A stretch of 32,000 nt of DNA from Pseudomonas aeruginosa (GTDB taxonomy: Bacteria; Pseudomonadota; Gammaproteobacteria; Pseudomonadales; Pseudomonadaceae): positions 2,970,001 through 3,002,000 of the forward strand of contig NZ_LN831024.1 of NCBI RefSeq assembly GCF_001457615.1, in the 5' to 3' direction. Shown in pieces: positions 7,283 through 17,617 of this stretch. The notes beneath the pieces were generated by a model. That model searched no databases, was not told where the DNA came from, and saw nothing but the letters and a program-made list of their open reading frames with translations. How positions within the stretch are numbered: position 1 is the first letter of the stretch; each line of letters begins with the position of its first letter. The position numbers were made by a program, and so were the translations under genes.

Positions 7283-7975
7283 TCAGAGCGAACGCTGGTC
7301 GACCCGCGCGGAAAGCTGCTCGGCGCTTTCCTTGCGCTCCGAATAGCGGTCCACCAGGAAGTCCGTGCGCTCGCGCAGGAGCAGGGTGAACTTGAACAAC
7401 TCCTCCATCACGTCGACCACCCGGTCGTAGTAGGGCGATGGCTTCATCCGGCCCGCTTCGTCGAACTCCAGGTAGGCCTTGGGAACCGAGGACTGGTTGG
7501 GGATGGTGAACATGCGCATCCAGCGACCCAGCACGCGCAACTGGTTGACCACGTTGAACGACTGCGAGCCGCCGCAGACCTGCATCACCGCCAGGGTCTT
7601 GCCCTGGGTCGGGCGCACCGCCCCGAGTGCCAGGGGAATCCAGTCGATCTGCGCCTTGAATACCGCGGACAGCGCACCGTGGCGCTCGGGCGAGCACCAG
7701 ACCTGGCCTTCCGACCACTGCACCAGGTCGCGCAACTCGCGGACCTTGGGATGCTCCACCGGTGCATCGTCGGGCAATGGCAGCCCGGAAGGGTCGAAAA
7801 TCCGCGTTTCGGCACCGAAGCGTTCGAGCAGGCGTGCGGCCTCCAGCACCAGCAGGCGGCTGAAGGAGCGCTCGCGGGTCGAGCCGTAGAGCAGGAGGAT
7901 GCGCGGCCTGTGCCCGGAGACGGGGGGCGGGTCGCCGAGCAGCGCGGGATCGAGGTTGGGTAGTTGTTCGGACAT
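7283..7975 (-). CDS. arsH: ArsH, NADPH-dependent FMN reductase of the ars operon
   Basis: [45 protein letters not shown] is a typical ArsH flavodoxin-like N-terminus. It is the last gene of the arsRBCH cluster. Confidence 0.9.
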   Translation of the reverse strand: MSEQLPNLDPALLGDPPPVSGHRPRILLLYGSTRERSFSRLLVLEAARLLERFGAETRIFDPSGLPLPDDAPVEHPKVRELRDLVQWSEGQVWCSPERHGALSAVFKAQIDWIPLALGAVRPTQGKTLAVMQVCGGSQSFNVVNQLRVLGRWMRMFTIPNQSSVPKAYLEFDEAGRMKPSPYYDRVVDVMEELFKFTLLLRERTDFLVDRYSERKESAEQLSARVDQRSL

Positions 7976-7986
7976 GCTTCCTCCGG

Positions 7987-8457
7987 TCAGAGCGAGCCGA
8001 TGCGCTCCAGCTCACGCTTGAGCTGGTCGCGATCCAGGGTAGCGAAGGGCAGGCCGAGGAAGGCTCGGCAACGCTGTTCGATGCGTGCCAGGGTGGCGTG
8101 GAACGCCGCATCCCGCAGGGCTTCGTCGCCATCCAGGGCGGAGGGATCGGCCAGGCCCCAATGGGCCTTCAGCGCTGCGCCGAGATACAGCGGGCAGGCT
8201 TCCCCCGCGGCGGCGTCGCAAACGGTAATGACGATGTCCGGCGGTGCGCCTTCGAAGGCTTCGCTGCCCTTGCTGTACAGGCCGTGGGTGGCGATGCCGG
8301 CCTGTTCGAGGGTCGCCAGGCTGCGCGGATGCACCCGCCCGCTGGGCTGGCTGCCGGCGCTGCATGCCTCGAAACCCGGCGGGGCCAGGTGGTTGAACAT
8401 GGCTTCGGAAAGAATGCTGCGGCAACTGTTGGCCGTGCACATGAACAGGACTCGCAT
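7987..8457 (-). CDS. arsC: Arsenate reductase, LMW-PTPase (thioredoxin-coupled) type
   Basis: The N-terminal [14 protein letters not shown] carries the CX5R phosphatase loop. It has ars operon context. Confidence 0.9.
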   Translation of the reverse strand: MRVLFMCTANSCRSILSEAMFNHLAPPGFEACSAGSQPSGRVHPRSLATLEQAGIATHGLYSKGSEAFEGAPPDIVITVCDAAAGEACPLYLGAALKAHWGLADPSALDGDEALRDAAFHATLARIEQRCRAFLGLPFATLDRDQLKRELERIGSL

Positions 8458-8488
8458 GGGATGCTCCTGCCGCCGTCGCCGGCGGCCG

Positions 8489-9772
8489 TCAGATGGCCAG
8501 GCGCAGGGCCAGGGCCGAAAGGGTCGCCAGCAGGACCGGCAGGGTCAGCAGGGCGCCGATCCTGAAGTAGTAGCCCCAGGTGATGCGCATGCCTTTGCGC
8601 GCCAGCACGTGCAGCCAGAGCAGCGTCGCCAGGCTGCCGATAGGGGTGATCTTCGGACCCAGGTCGCAGCCGATGACGTTGGCGTAGATCATCGCTTCGC
8701 GCACCGCGCCGGCGGTGTCGCTGGCCTGGATCGACAGGGCGCCGAGCAGCACGCTGGGCATGTTGTTCATTACCGACGAGAGGGCGGCGGAAAGCAGTCC
8801 GGTACCCAGCGCGGCCGCCCATACGCCGTGCTCGGCCAGGCGGTTCAGGAGCTGCGCCAGGAGGTCGGTGAGACCGGCGTTCTTCAGGCCGTAGACCACC
8901 AGGTACATGCCCAGCGAGAAGACCACGATCTGCCAGGGCGCTTCGCGCAGCACCCGCCGGGTCGAGATCACCCGCCCGCGCCCGGCCACCGCCAGCAGCA
9001 GTGCCGCACAGGCCGCGGCCACCGCGCTGACGGGGACGCCCAGCGGCTCCAGGGCGAACAGCCCGGCGAGCAGGACCAGCAGCATCCAGCCACCGACGAC
9101 GAAGGTCGCGCGGTCGCGGATCGCCGCCCGCGGCGGCTTCAATTGCTCCAGCGCATAGACCGGCGGCAGGTCGCGGCGGAAATAGAGGAACAGCACCAGC
9201 AGGGAGGTCGCGACGCTCACCAGGTTTACCGGCAGCATGACCGCGGCGTACTCGCCGAAGCCGAGCCCGAAGTAGTCGGCCGAGACGATGTTCACCAGGT
9301 TCGAGACCACCAGCGGCAGGCTGGCGCTGTCGGCGATGAAGCCCGCCGCCATGACGAAGGCCAGGGTCGCCGCCGGGCTGAAGCGCAGGGCCAGCAGCAT
9401 CGACATCACGATGGGCGTGAGGATCAGCGCCGCGCCGTCGTTGGCGAACAGCGCCGAGACCGCCGCGCCGAGCAGCACGCAGAAGGCGAACAGGCGCCGG
9501 CCGTCGCCGCCAGCCCAGCGCGCGACGTGCAGCGCGGCCCATTCGAAGAAGCCGGCCTCGTCCAGCAGCAGGCTGATGACGATCACCGCGATGAAGGTGG
9601 CGGTGGCATTCCAGACGATGTTCCAGACGGTCGGGATGTCGCCCGGCGCGACGCTGCCCAGCGCCAGGGCGAGCAGGGCGCCGATGCTGGCGCTCCAGCC
9701 GATGCCGAGGCCCCTGGGCTGCCAGATGACCAGGACCAGGGTGAACAGGAAGATGGCGAAGGCGATCAGCAT
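8489..9772 (-). CDS. arsB: Arsenite efflux permease ArsB
   Basis: 427-aa polytopic protein whose N-terminus [28 protein letters not shown] is characteristic of the ArsB family. It lies between arsR and arsC. Confidence 0.9.
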   Translation of the reverse strand: MLIAFAIFLFTLVLVIWQPRGLGIGWSASIGALLALALGSVAPGDIPTVWNIVWNATATFIAVIVISLLLDEAGFFEWAALHVARWAGGDGRRLFAFCVLLGAAVSALFANDGAALILTPIVMSMLLALRFSPAATLAFVMAAGFIADSASLPLVVSNLVNIVSADYFGLGFGEYAAVMLPVNLVSVATSLLVLFLYFRRDLPPVYALEQLKPPRAAIRDRATFVVGGWMLLVLLAGLFALEPLGVPVSAVAAACAALLLAVAGRGRVISTRRVLREAPWQIVVFSLGMYLVVYGLKNAGLTDLLAQLLNRLAEHGVWAAALGTGLLSAALSSVMNNMPSVLLGALSIQASDTAGAVREAMIYANVIGCDLGPKITPIGSLATLLWLHVLARKGMRITWGYYFRIGALLTLPVLLATLSALALRLAI

Positions 9773-9785
9773 GGGGCGGCTCGCG

Positions 9786-10136
9786 CTATTGGCAGCAGGC
9801 GGAGGCGCGCTGCGGGCGGCCGTCCATGTCGCGCAGGCGCGCTGCGTCGGCTTGCAGCCAGTCGCCGTTGGCCCGCAGGGTCACTTGCAGGACTTCGTGG
9901 ATCCAGGCCGGCAGCGCAGGGTTCAGGCGGTAATACACCCACTGGCCCTGGCGACGGTCGAGGAGCAGCCCGGCACTGCGCAACTGGGCCAGGTGGCGGC
10001 TGATCTTCGGCTGGCTGTCGGCGAGGGCGCACATCAGTTCGCAGACGCACAGTTCGCCCTGGTCGACGATCAGCAGGGTGGCGCGAACACGCGTCTCGTC
10101 GGCCAGGCACTTGAACACTTCGGCGGGGCTGGGCAT
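9786..10136 (-). CDS. arsR: ArsR/SmtB-family arsenite-responsive repressor
   Basis: [11 protein letters not shown] metal-binding motif plus a winged HTH ([18 protein letters not shown]). First gene of the operon. Confidence 0.9.
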   Translation of the reverse strand: MPSPAEVFKCLADETRVRATLLIVDQGELCVCELMCALADSQPKISRHLAQLRSAGLLLDRRQGQWVYYRLNPALPAWIHEVLQVTLRANGDWLQADAARLRDMDGRPQRASACCQ

Positions 10137-10170
10137 CGCTGGGCCTTCCTGGATATATGGAAAGCTGAAT

Positions 10171-10186
10171 ATACGGATATCCGTAT
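10171..10186. promoter_or_regulatory. Perfect 16-bp palindrome ATACGGATATCCGTAT, probable ArsR operator
   Basis: It lies 35-50 nt upstream of the arsR start (10136) in an AT-richer stretch. ArsR/SmtB repressors bind dyads of about 12-2-12 overlapping their own promoter. Confidence 0.55.
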
Positions 10187-10214
10187 GTATTGCAAGCGCC
10201 CCCGCTCCCGCCGG

Positions 10215-11105
10215 CTAGCGGCGGGCGGCCTGGACTTCCTCGCTCGGCGTGCGCCCGAAGTAGCGCTTGAACTCGCGGCTGAACTGCGAGGGACTCTCGT
10301 AGCCGACCTGGTTGGCGGCGGTACTGGCGTTCAGCCCGTCCTGCACCATCAGGCTCCAGGCCTTGTACAGGCGCACGCTCTTCAGGTACTGGAGGGGCGA
10401 GGTGAAGGTCATCGCCTTGAAGTTGTGGTGGAAGGTCGACACGCTCATGTTCGCCTCGCGAGCCAGGGTGTCGATGTCCAGCGCACTGGCGTAGTCGGTG
10501 TGGATGCGCCGCAGGGCCCTGGCCATGCGCCCGTAGCCGCTGTGCCGGCCGGCCACCGCACGCAGGGCGTTGCCCTGCTCGCTGCGCAGGGCGCGGAAGA
10601 TGATCTCGCGGACCAGTTGCGGGCCGAGGATATGGCTGTCCAGCGGGCTCTGCAGGCAGCCCAGCAGGCGCATCACCGCATCGGCCATCCCCGCGTCCAG
10701 CGGTACCGAAGCCATCGGCGCGCTGGGTGCCAGCTCATTGTCGTCGTCGCTGCCGGGAGCCTCTTCCATCTGTAGCAGCAGTTCCTTCAAGGTGCCGATA
10801 TCCACGTCGACGCTCACTCCCAGCAAGGGTTCGGCGGCGGAGGCGTGGGTTTCGCATTCGAACGGCAGGGGCACCGACATCACCAGGTAGCGTTCGGCGT
10901 CGTAGCGGTAGGTTTCGCCGCCGAGGAAACCGATCTTCTGGCCCTGGGCGAGGATGCAGATGCGCGGCTCATAGAACACCGGGCTGCGCGGATAGGCCTG
11001 TTCGGCGCGCATCAGGCGAACCCCGGGGATGCGGGTGGCGTCGAAACCCGGTTCGTCTTGCAGGGTGGCGATCAGCGACGCCATGTCGGTGGAAGTAGTG
11101 CTCAT
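10215..11105 (-). CDS. AraC-family regulator with an N-terminal AraC_N-type ligand domain (296 aa)
   Basis: The C-terminal HTH reads LAREANMSVSTFHHNFKAMTFTSPLQYLKSVRLYKA...VGYESPSQFSREFKRYFG. The start is at internal ATG 11105 (MSTTSTDMASL...); the track N-terminal extension is Arg/Cys/Pro-rich and runs into the intergenic region. Confidence 0.85.
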   Translation of the reverse strand: MSTTSTDMASLIATLQDEPGFDATRIPGVRLMRAEQAYPRSPVFYEPRICILAQGQKIGFLGGETYRYDAERYLVMSVPLPFECETHASAAEPLLGVSVDVDIGTLKELLLQMEEAPGSDDDNELAPSAPMASVPLDAGMADAVMRLLGCLQSPLDSHILGPQLVREIIFRALRSEQGNALRAVAGRHSGYGRMARALRRIHTDYASALDIDTLAREANMSVSTFHHNFKAMTFTSPLQYLKSVRLYKAWSLMVQDGLNASTAANQVGYESPSQFSREFKRYFGRTPSEEVQAARR

Positions 11106-11313
11106 GCCTTGGCTGTTTCTCCAGGAGGGGAGGCAAACGTAGCAACCCCGTGCGCGCCTGGGCAGTGGCGGCACGCAACATCGGCATGAATGGGCAAGGC
11201 TTCGACAGGAATGGACATTCTGCGGCGGCGCCCATCCGGCGAACAATTGCCCCCCGAACGGACCGCCGCCAGCAAGCCGTCGCGGCCCGCCATCCTGCGA
11301 AGAGGACACACCG

Positions 11314-12375
11314 ATGACCCTACAGATCCGCGGCTACGCCGCCCAGTCCGCCAGCACCCCGCTGACCGCCCATCGCTTCGAACGCCGCGCGCCGCGCGCC
11401 GACGACCTGGTGATCGACATCCTCTACTGCGGCGTCTGCCACTCGGACCTCCATCAGGCGCGCAACGAATGGCACAACAGCCTGTACCCGCTGGTGCCGG
11501 GCCACGAGATCATCGGCCGGGTCGCCAGCGTCGGCGAGGCGGTGAGCGGTTTCGCGGTCGGCGAACTGGTCGGCGTCGGCTGCATGGTCGACTCCTGCCG
11601 GCACTGCGCCGCCTGCTCCGAGGGCCTGGAGCAGTATTGCGCGGAATACCCGACCCTGACCTACAACGGCCGCGACCGCCACGACGGCCTGCCGACCTTC
11701 GGCGGCTACTCGGAGCGCATCGTGGTCTCGGCCAGGTTCGTCCTGCGCATTCCCCAGGGGCTCGATCCGAAGGCGGCGGCGCCGCTGCTGTGCGCCGGGA
11801 TCACGTCCTACTCGCCACTGCGTCACTGGAAGGTCGGTCCCGGCAGCCGGGTGGCGGTGGTCGGCCTGGGCGGCCTCGGTCACATGGGCCTGAAGTTCGC
11901 CAGGGCGCTCGGTGCCGAGGTGGCCCTGTTCACCCGCTCGCCGGGCAAGGAAGAGGAAGCGCGGCGGCTCGGCGCCGACCAGGTGATCCTTTCCACCGAC
12001 CCACAGCGGATGGCCGCCGTCGCCGGACGCTTCGACCTGATCCTGGACACCGTGCCGCACCAGCATGACCTCAATCCTTATCTGGCGACCCTCAAGCGCG
12101 ACGGCACCCTCGTACTGGTCGGCCTGCTCGAGCCGCTGGAGCCGGCGGTGCACGGTGCGCAACTGGTGATGGGACGCCGCTCGATCGCCGGCTCGGCCAT
12201 CGGCGGCATCGCCGAGACCCAGGAAATGCTGGATTTCTGCGCGGCCCACGGGATCGCCTGCGACATCGAGATGATCGAGATCCAGCAGATCAACCAGGCC
12301 TACGAGCGGATGCTGGCCAGCGACGTGAAGTATCGCTTCGTGATCGACATGGCCTCCCTGCAGAAGTCCTTCTGA
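11314..12375 (+). CDS. Zn-dependent NAD(P) alcohol/aldehyde dehydrogenase (cinnamyl-ADH/YahK-like)
   Basis: GHEIIGRV catalytic Zn motif, structural Zn cysteines CRHCAACSEGLEQYC, and cofactor loop VVGLGGLGH. GAGGA precedes the ATG. Confidence 0.9.
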   Translation: MTLQIRGYAAQSASTPLTAHRFERRAPRADDLVIDILYCGVCHSDLHQARNEWHNSLYPLVPGHEIIGRVASVGEAVSGFAVGELVGVGCMVDSCRHCAACSEGLEQYCAEYPTLTYNGRDRHDGLPTFGGYSERIVVSARFVLRIPQGLDPKAAAPLLCAGITSYSPLRHWKVGPGSRVAVVGLGGLGHMGLKFARALGAEVALFTRSPGKEEEARRLGADQVILSTDPQRMAAVAGRFDLILDTVPHQHDLNPYLATLKRDGTLVLVGLLEPLEPAVHGAQLVMGRRSIAGSAIGGIAETQEMLDFCAAHGIACDIEMIEIQQINQAYERMLASDVKYRFVIDMASLQKSF

Positions 12376-12399
12376 GACGGGCCGTCGGCGCCGGCGGGC

Positions 12400-12777
12400 T
12401 CAGCAGCCCTCGGCGTCGACCAGGAAGGTCTCGAAACGCACGCTTTTCGCCCCCAGCCGCCAGACGCCCGCGCTCAGCGGGCCTTGCGCGTCCTCCCGGG
12501 CCTGCCAGGCGCGTTCGCAGTCCTCGCGTGAACGCCAGCAGGTGTAGTTCAGCACGTGCTGGCCGTCCTCGCTGGGGTGCAGGCTGGCGGACAGGTAGCC
12601 CGGGCAGTTCCTGAAGCAGCGTTCCAGGCGTTGCAGGTGCGCGTTCTGTTCCAGCGCCAGCGACAACTGGCTGGCGGGTTCCACCTCGATATCGATGAGT
12701 TGCGCGTAGCACGGCGACCGCTCGCTAGCGGCCGGGCACTGATCGTCGGTGCAGCAGTAGGAGGAGGGGATGAGCAT
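12400..12777 (-). CDS. pumA: Small ABM-fold (antibiotic-biosynthesis-monooxygenase-like) protein, SoxR-regulated
   Basis: The core ...[33 protein letters not shown] fits the ABM pattern. It is divergent from soxR, with the SoxR box inside its promoter. I recall the PAO1 equivalent (PA2274) being named PumA; that is recollection. Confidence 0.75.
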   Translation of the reverse strand: MLIPSSYCCTDDQCPAASERSPCYAQLIDIEVEPASQLSLALEQNAHLQRLERCFRNCPGYLSASLHPSEDGQHVLNYTCWRSREDCERAWQAREDAQGPLSAGVWRLGAKSVRFETFLVDAEGC

Positions 12778-12824
12778 GGCGGGTTACTCCGGGTGACTTG
12801 TGTCGAGGGCCGGCCCAGGGTAAA

Positions 12825-12844
12825 ACCTCAAGCAAACTTGAGGT
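12825..12844. promoter_or_regulatory. SoxR box ACCTCAAG-CAAA-CTTGAGGT
   Basis: The perfect 8-bp arms match the E. coli soxS operator core CCTCAAG...CTTGAGG. On the minus strand the -35 TTGACC (12842-12847) overlaps the box and an over-long spacer of about 19 nt follows, as in MerR-type promoters. The box ends 10 nt before the soxR ATG. Confidence 0.9.
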
Positions 12845-12854
12845 CAAGCCAATC

Positions 12855-13325
12855 ATGAAGAATTCCTGCGCATCTCGTGAACTGAGCGTCGGCGAACTGG
12901 CCAGGCGTGCCGGCGTGGCGGTCTCCGCCCTGCATTTCTACGAAACCAAGGGGCTGATCAGCAGCCAGCGCAACGCCGGCAACCAGCGGCGCTTCAGTCG
13001 CGAGACGCTACGCCGGGTGGTGGTGATCAAGGTCGCCCAGCGGGTCGGCATTCCCCTCGCGGAGATCGCTCGCGCCCTGCAGACCCTGCCGGCGGGGCGC
13101 AGCCCTAGCGCGGCGGACTGGGCGCGCCTGTCGGCGCAGTGGAAGGAGGATCTCACCGAGCGCATCGACAAGCTACTGCTGTTGCGCGACCAACTGGACG
13201 GCTGCATCGGTTGCGGCTGCCTGTCGCTCCAGGCCTGCCCGTTGCGCAACCCCGGCGACCAGCTGTCCGCCGAGGGGCCGGGAGCGCACTGGCTGGACGC
13301 CGAGGGCCGCGAGCCCGACGGCTAG
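12855..13325 (+). CDS. soxR: SoxR, MerR-family [2Fe-2S] redox-sensing regulator (156 aa)
   Basis: The Mer[30 protein letters not shown] and the cluster motif [12 protein letters not shown] are both present. The start is at internal ATG 12855. Confidence 0.95.
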   Translation: MKNSCASRELSVGELARRAGVAVSALHFYETKGLISSQRNAGNQRRFSRETLRRVVVIKVAQRVGIPLAEIARALQTLPAGRSPSAADWARLSAQWKEDLTERIDKLLLLRDQLDGCIGCGCLSLQACPLRNPGDQLSAEGPGAHWLDAEGREPDG

Positions 13326-13332
13326 GCAGCGG

Positions 13333-15030
13333 TCAGCCGTGGTGCTGGCGGTCGGCGACGGCCGGGCTGTCCTGCAGGTTGTCCGGCGGGATCGCCAGGG
13401 CGCGTAGCGATCCGGCCATGATGTCGCTGAAGGTGGGCGCCGAGACCAGGCCGCCGAAGTAGCCGATCCTGGTCGGCGAATCGATCATCACCGCCAGCAC
13501 CAGTTGCGGGTCGGACGCCGGCGCCATGCCGACGAACAGCGAACGGTAGGACTTGTCCGCGTAGCCCCGGCCCGAGGCCTTGCGCGCGGTGCCGCTCTTG
13601 CCCGCCACGTGGTAGCCCGGCACGCGGGCGCGGACCACGCCCTTCGGGTCTTCCACCACGGTTTGCAGCATCGCCCGGATGCGCCGTGCGATCTGCGGGT
13701 CCATCGCCTGGCGCACCTGGTTCTGCGGGTTGTCGCGGAGCAGGCTGAGCGGCACCAGCTTGCCGTCGTTGGCGAACACCGAGTAGGCCTGGGCCAGCTC
13801 GGCGGTGTTCACCGCCAGGCTGTAGCCGAACGACATGCTGGCGGTGGCGATGTTCGACCATTTCTCGTGGAACGGCAGGTAGCCCGGGTTCTCGCCGGGG
13901 AAGCCCAGCGACAGCGGCGCGCCGAAACCGACCCGGCCGAGCTGTTCGAGGATCGGCTTGGGTCCGATCTGCAGGGCGACCTTGCTCATGCCGATGTTCG
14001 AGGAGTTGATCAGCACCCCGGTCATGGTCAGTACGTCGCGCCGGGCGACGTCGTGGATGGTGTGCCCGTCGATGGTCATCCAGCCCGGTGCCACGCTGAC
14101 TTGACTGTTCTCGTCGAACTTGCCGGAGGCCAGCGCCGCCGACATGCTGAACGGCTTGATCACCGAGCCCGGCTCGAAGGTATCGGTGAGGGTGCGGTTG
14201 CGCATGAAGGCCGGGGCGAAGCTGGCGCGGTTGTTCGGGTTGTAGGAGGGGAAGTTGGCCATCGCCAGGATCTGCCCGCTCTTCGGGTTCACCAGGACCG
14301 CCGAGCCGGAGTGCGCGCCGAACTTGAGCACGGCCTTTTCCAGCGCCTTGTAGGCGATGAACTGTAGTCGCAGGTCGATGCTCAGGGCCACGTCCTGGCT
14401 GGCCTTGGGCGTCTTCAGCACCTTGATGCTGTTGACCAGCGAGCCGCGCGGGTTGATCGCCACCTCGCGTACCCCGTCCTTGCCGCTCAGCCAGTCGTTG
14501 AAGCCCAGTTCGGTGCCTTCCTGGCCGCGGCCGTCGATGTTGACCAGGCCGATCAACTGCGCGGTCAGCTCGGAACTGGGGTAGAAACGCTTGTATTCCT
14601 TGATCTGGTGTACCCCCGTTATGCCCAGGGCCATCACCTCGCTGGCCTCGATCGGCGACAGGCCGCGCTCGAGGTAGAGGAAGCGCTTGTTCGGGTTGGC
14701 CTGGAGCTGGGCCAGCAGCGGCGCCGCGGGGCGGTGCAGGGCGCCGGCCAGGCGCGGCACCTCGTCGAGGTGGGCGGCCATTTCCCTGGGGTTGCACCAG
14801 ATCGACGCGACTTCGGTGGATACCGCCAGCGGCTCGCCGTTGCGGTCGGTGATCATGCCGCGGGTGACCGGGATCGGCAGGTCGCGGATCGAGCGAAGGT
14901 CGCCCTGGTCGGCGAGGAATTCGTGGTCGTGGACCTGGAGATAGACCAACCGTCCGGAGACGGCCAGGGAGGCGAGGACGAACAGGGTGACGACAAGGAT
15001 GAAGCGGTAGTTTCGGCGTTGACTGCTCAT
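13333..15030 (-). CDS. pbpC: Class B penicillin-binding protein, PBP3 paralog (PBP3a/PbpC, 565 aa)
   Basis: N-terminal TM anchor plus transpeptidase motifs SVIK (SxxK), SSN and KSGT. Start is at ATG 15030 (MSSQRRNYRF...). Confidence 0.9.
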   Translation of the reverse strand: MSSQRRNYRFILVVTLFVLASLAVSGRLVYLQVHDHEFLADQGDLRSIRDLPIPVTRGMITDRNGEPLAVSTEVASIWCNPREMAAHLDEVPRLAGALHRPAAPLLAQLQANPNKRFLYLERGLSPIEASEVMALGITGVHQIKEYKRFYPSSELTAQLIGLVNIDGRGQEGTELGFNDWLSGKDGVREVAINPRGSLVNSIKVLKTPKASQDVALSIDLRLQFIAYKALEKAVLKFGAHSGSAVLVNPKSGQILAMANFPSYNPNNRASFAPAFMRNRTLTDTFEPGSVIKPFSMSAALASGKFDENSQVSVAPGWMTIDGHTIHDVARRDVLTMTGVLINSSNIGMSKVALQIGPKPILEQLGRVGFGAPLSLGFPGENPGYLPFHEKWSNIATASMSFGYSLAVNTAELAQAYSVFANDGKLVPLSLLRDNPQNQVRQAMDPQIARRIRAMLQTVVEDPKGVVRARVPGYHVAGKSGTARKASGRGYADKSYRSLFVGMAPASDPQLVLAVMIDSPTRIGYFGGLVSAPTFSDIMAGSLRALAIPPDNLQDSPAVADRQHHG

Positions 15031-15151
15031 GCAAGGGCACACTGGGGAAGAGGGAGAGCGGAAGCCCGTCCGGGGCAGTGCTGAAACATCCTGTTGCAGT
15101 TGGCAACTGTACCGTCACCCGCCACCCGCCGGTCAAGCCCTTTGCCGCCGT

Positions 15152-16265
<1,114 letters not shown>

Positions 16266-16303
16266 GCGAGGTCTCCGGGTGGCAAAGGGGCTTCAGGATA
16301 ATT

Positions 16304-16352
16304 GACATACGCTGCGTATGTCTCCATGATTTTTGACATACGCAGCGTATGT
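16304..16352. promoter_or_regulatory. Two tandem TetR-type operators (GACATACGC-T-GCGTATGTC 16304-16322; ACATACGC-A-GCGTATGT 16336-16352)
   Basis: Each palindrome is preceded by TTGACA. The direct repeat TTGACATACGCNGCGTATGT occurs at 16302 and 16333 (31-bp period) in the TetR/MFS divergent intergenic region. Confidence 0.7.
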
Positions 16353-16411
16353 TAATTTCGTCTTCTCCCATCGTCGCCGGTTCCGCTGGAGCCGGCCAGC
16401 CGAGGCTTTCC

Positions 16412-17617
16412 ATGAGCAACCCCTATCTCGAACTGTTCGCCGCGCCCGGCGCCAAGGGCTTTTCAGCCGCCGGCCTGCTGGCGCGGATGCCCCTGTCGAT
16501 GACCGGCCTGGGCATCGTCACCATGCTTTCCCAGGTGCATGCCGACTACTGGCTGGCCGGTACCGTGGCGGCCACCTTCGTGTTCTGCAATGCCTTGCTC
16601 GCGCCGCAGGTATCGCGCCTGGTGGACTGCTTCGGCCAGGGCCGGGTGCTGCTCCCGGCCGCGCTGGCCAGCGCCCTGGCGATGAGCGCGCTGTTGCTGT
16701 GTACGCACTATCGAGCGCCGAATGCCTGGCTCTACCTGTTCGCCTTGCTCGCCGGGGCGATGCCGAGCATGCCGGCCATGGTACGGGCGCGCTGGACCGA
16801 GCTGTACCGGGGCTCGCCGAAGCTGCACACGGCGTTTTCCTTCGAATCGGTGATGGACGAGGTGTGCTACATCATCGGGCCGGTGCTGGCGGTGAGCCTC
16901 AGCGTCGGCTGGTTCGCCGAGGCGGGGCCGCTGCTGGCGACGCTGTTCCTGGTCGCCGGGGTGAGCCTGTTCAGCCTGCAACGCGGCACCGAACCGCCGC
17001 TGCATGCCCATCCGCGGCGCCGCGCCGGCAGCGCGCTGGCCTATCCGGCGGTACGCGTGCTGGCGCTGGTGCTGGCCGCCATCGGGGTGATCTTCGGCGC
17101 GGTGGAAGTGGTCAGCGTGGCCTTCGCCGAGGCGCACGGCAACAAGGCTGCGGCAAGCCTGGTGTTGTCGGTCTATGCCGTCGGCTCATGTCTCGCGGGA
17201 TTGCTGTTCGGGCTGCTGCGCTGGCGCCTGGCGCTTTCCCGGCAACTGCTCTGCATGGTTACGCTGATGGCCCTGAGCCTGATGCCGCTGCTAGGGGTGG
17301 AGAGCATCCTTGCGCTTGCCCTGACCGTGCTGGTGGCCGGCTTCAGCGTGGCGCCGACGATGATCCTGGCCATGGGCCTGGTCGAGCGCGCGGTGGACCC
17401 GGCGCGCCTCACCGAAGGCCTGACCTGGGCCATCACCGGGCTGGGCATCGGCATGGCCTTGGGCTCGGCGCTGGCCGGTTGGGTGGTGGAGGGCTACGGC
17501 GCCGCCAGCGGTTTCCTCGTCGCGGTCGGCGCCGGCTGGCTGGCCTGGCTGCTGGCCCTGGCCTGCTTCCGGGTGCTGGCTCAGGACGAGGCCGGAGACT
17601 GCGCGGTGTCCGGCTGA
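16412..17617 (+). CDS. MFS transporter (401 aa), probable TetR-controlled efflux pump
   Basis: Polytopic hydrophobic protein throughout, consistent with about 12 TM segments. Internal ATG 16412 is preceded by GAGG. It is divergent from the TetR gene. Confidence 0.8.
   Translation: MSNPYLELFAAPGAKGFSAAGLLARMPLSMTGLGIVTMLSQVHADYWLAGTVAATFVFCNALLAPQVSRLVDCFGQGRVLLPAALASALAMSALLLCTHYRAPNAWLYLFALLAGAMPSMPAMVRARWTELYRGSPKLHTAFSFESVMDEVCYIIGPVLAVSLSVGWFAEAGPLLATLFLVAGVSLFSLQRGTEPPLHAHPRRRAGSALAYPAVRVLALVLAAIGVIFGAVEVVSVAFAEAHGNKAAASLVLSVYAVGSCLAGLLFGLLRWRLALSRQLLCMVTLMALSLMPLLGVESILALALTVLVAGFSVAPTMILAMGLVERAVDPARLTEGLTWAITGLGIGMALGSALAGWVVEGYGAASGFLVAVGAGWLAWLLALACFRVLAQDEAGDCAVSG

Noticed and set aside
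7964-10003. 679-aa plus-strand ORF antisense to arsH-arsC-arsB-arsR
   Set aside because: This is a typical high-GC shadow ORF (Arg/Gly/Ala/Gln-rich, no motifs). The opposite strand encodes four unmistakable ars proteins.
7283-10214. ars operon as a mobile or horizontally acquired island
   Set aside because: There are no flanking inverted or direct repeats, integrase, transposase or tRNA. Base composition looks like the rest of the window.
11166-11185. Sigma54-like element TGGCGGCACGCAACATCGGC in the AraC/ADH intergenic region
   Set aside because: It has a GGCAC-like -24 but no TTGC -12 element at the right spacing.
12376-12399. GC-rich near-palindrome (CCGTCGGCGCCGGCGG) between the ADH and ABM gene stops as a bidirectional terminator
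   Set aside because: The dyad has no loop of 3 nt or more and no U-tract, so it cannot be supported as an intrinsic terminator from sequence alone.
13322-15136. 604-aa alternative-frame ORF on the pbpC strand, and similarly 19168-20910 (580 aa) on the cytochrome c strand
   Set aside because: The overlapping frames carrying SxxK/SSN/KSGT and CxxCH motifs are the real genes. These alternatives are Arg/Pro-rich frame artefacts of high GC.
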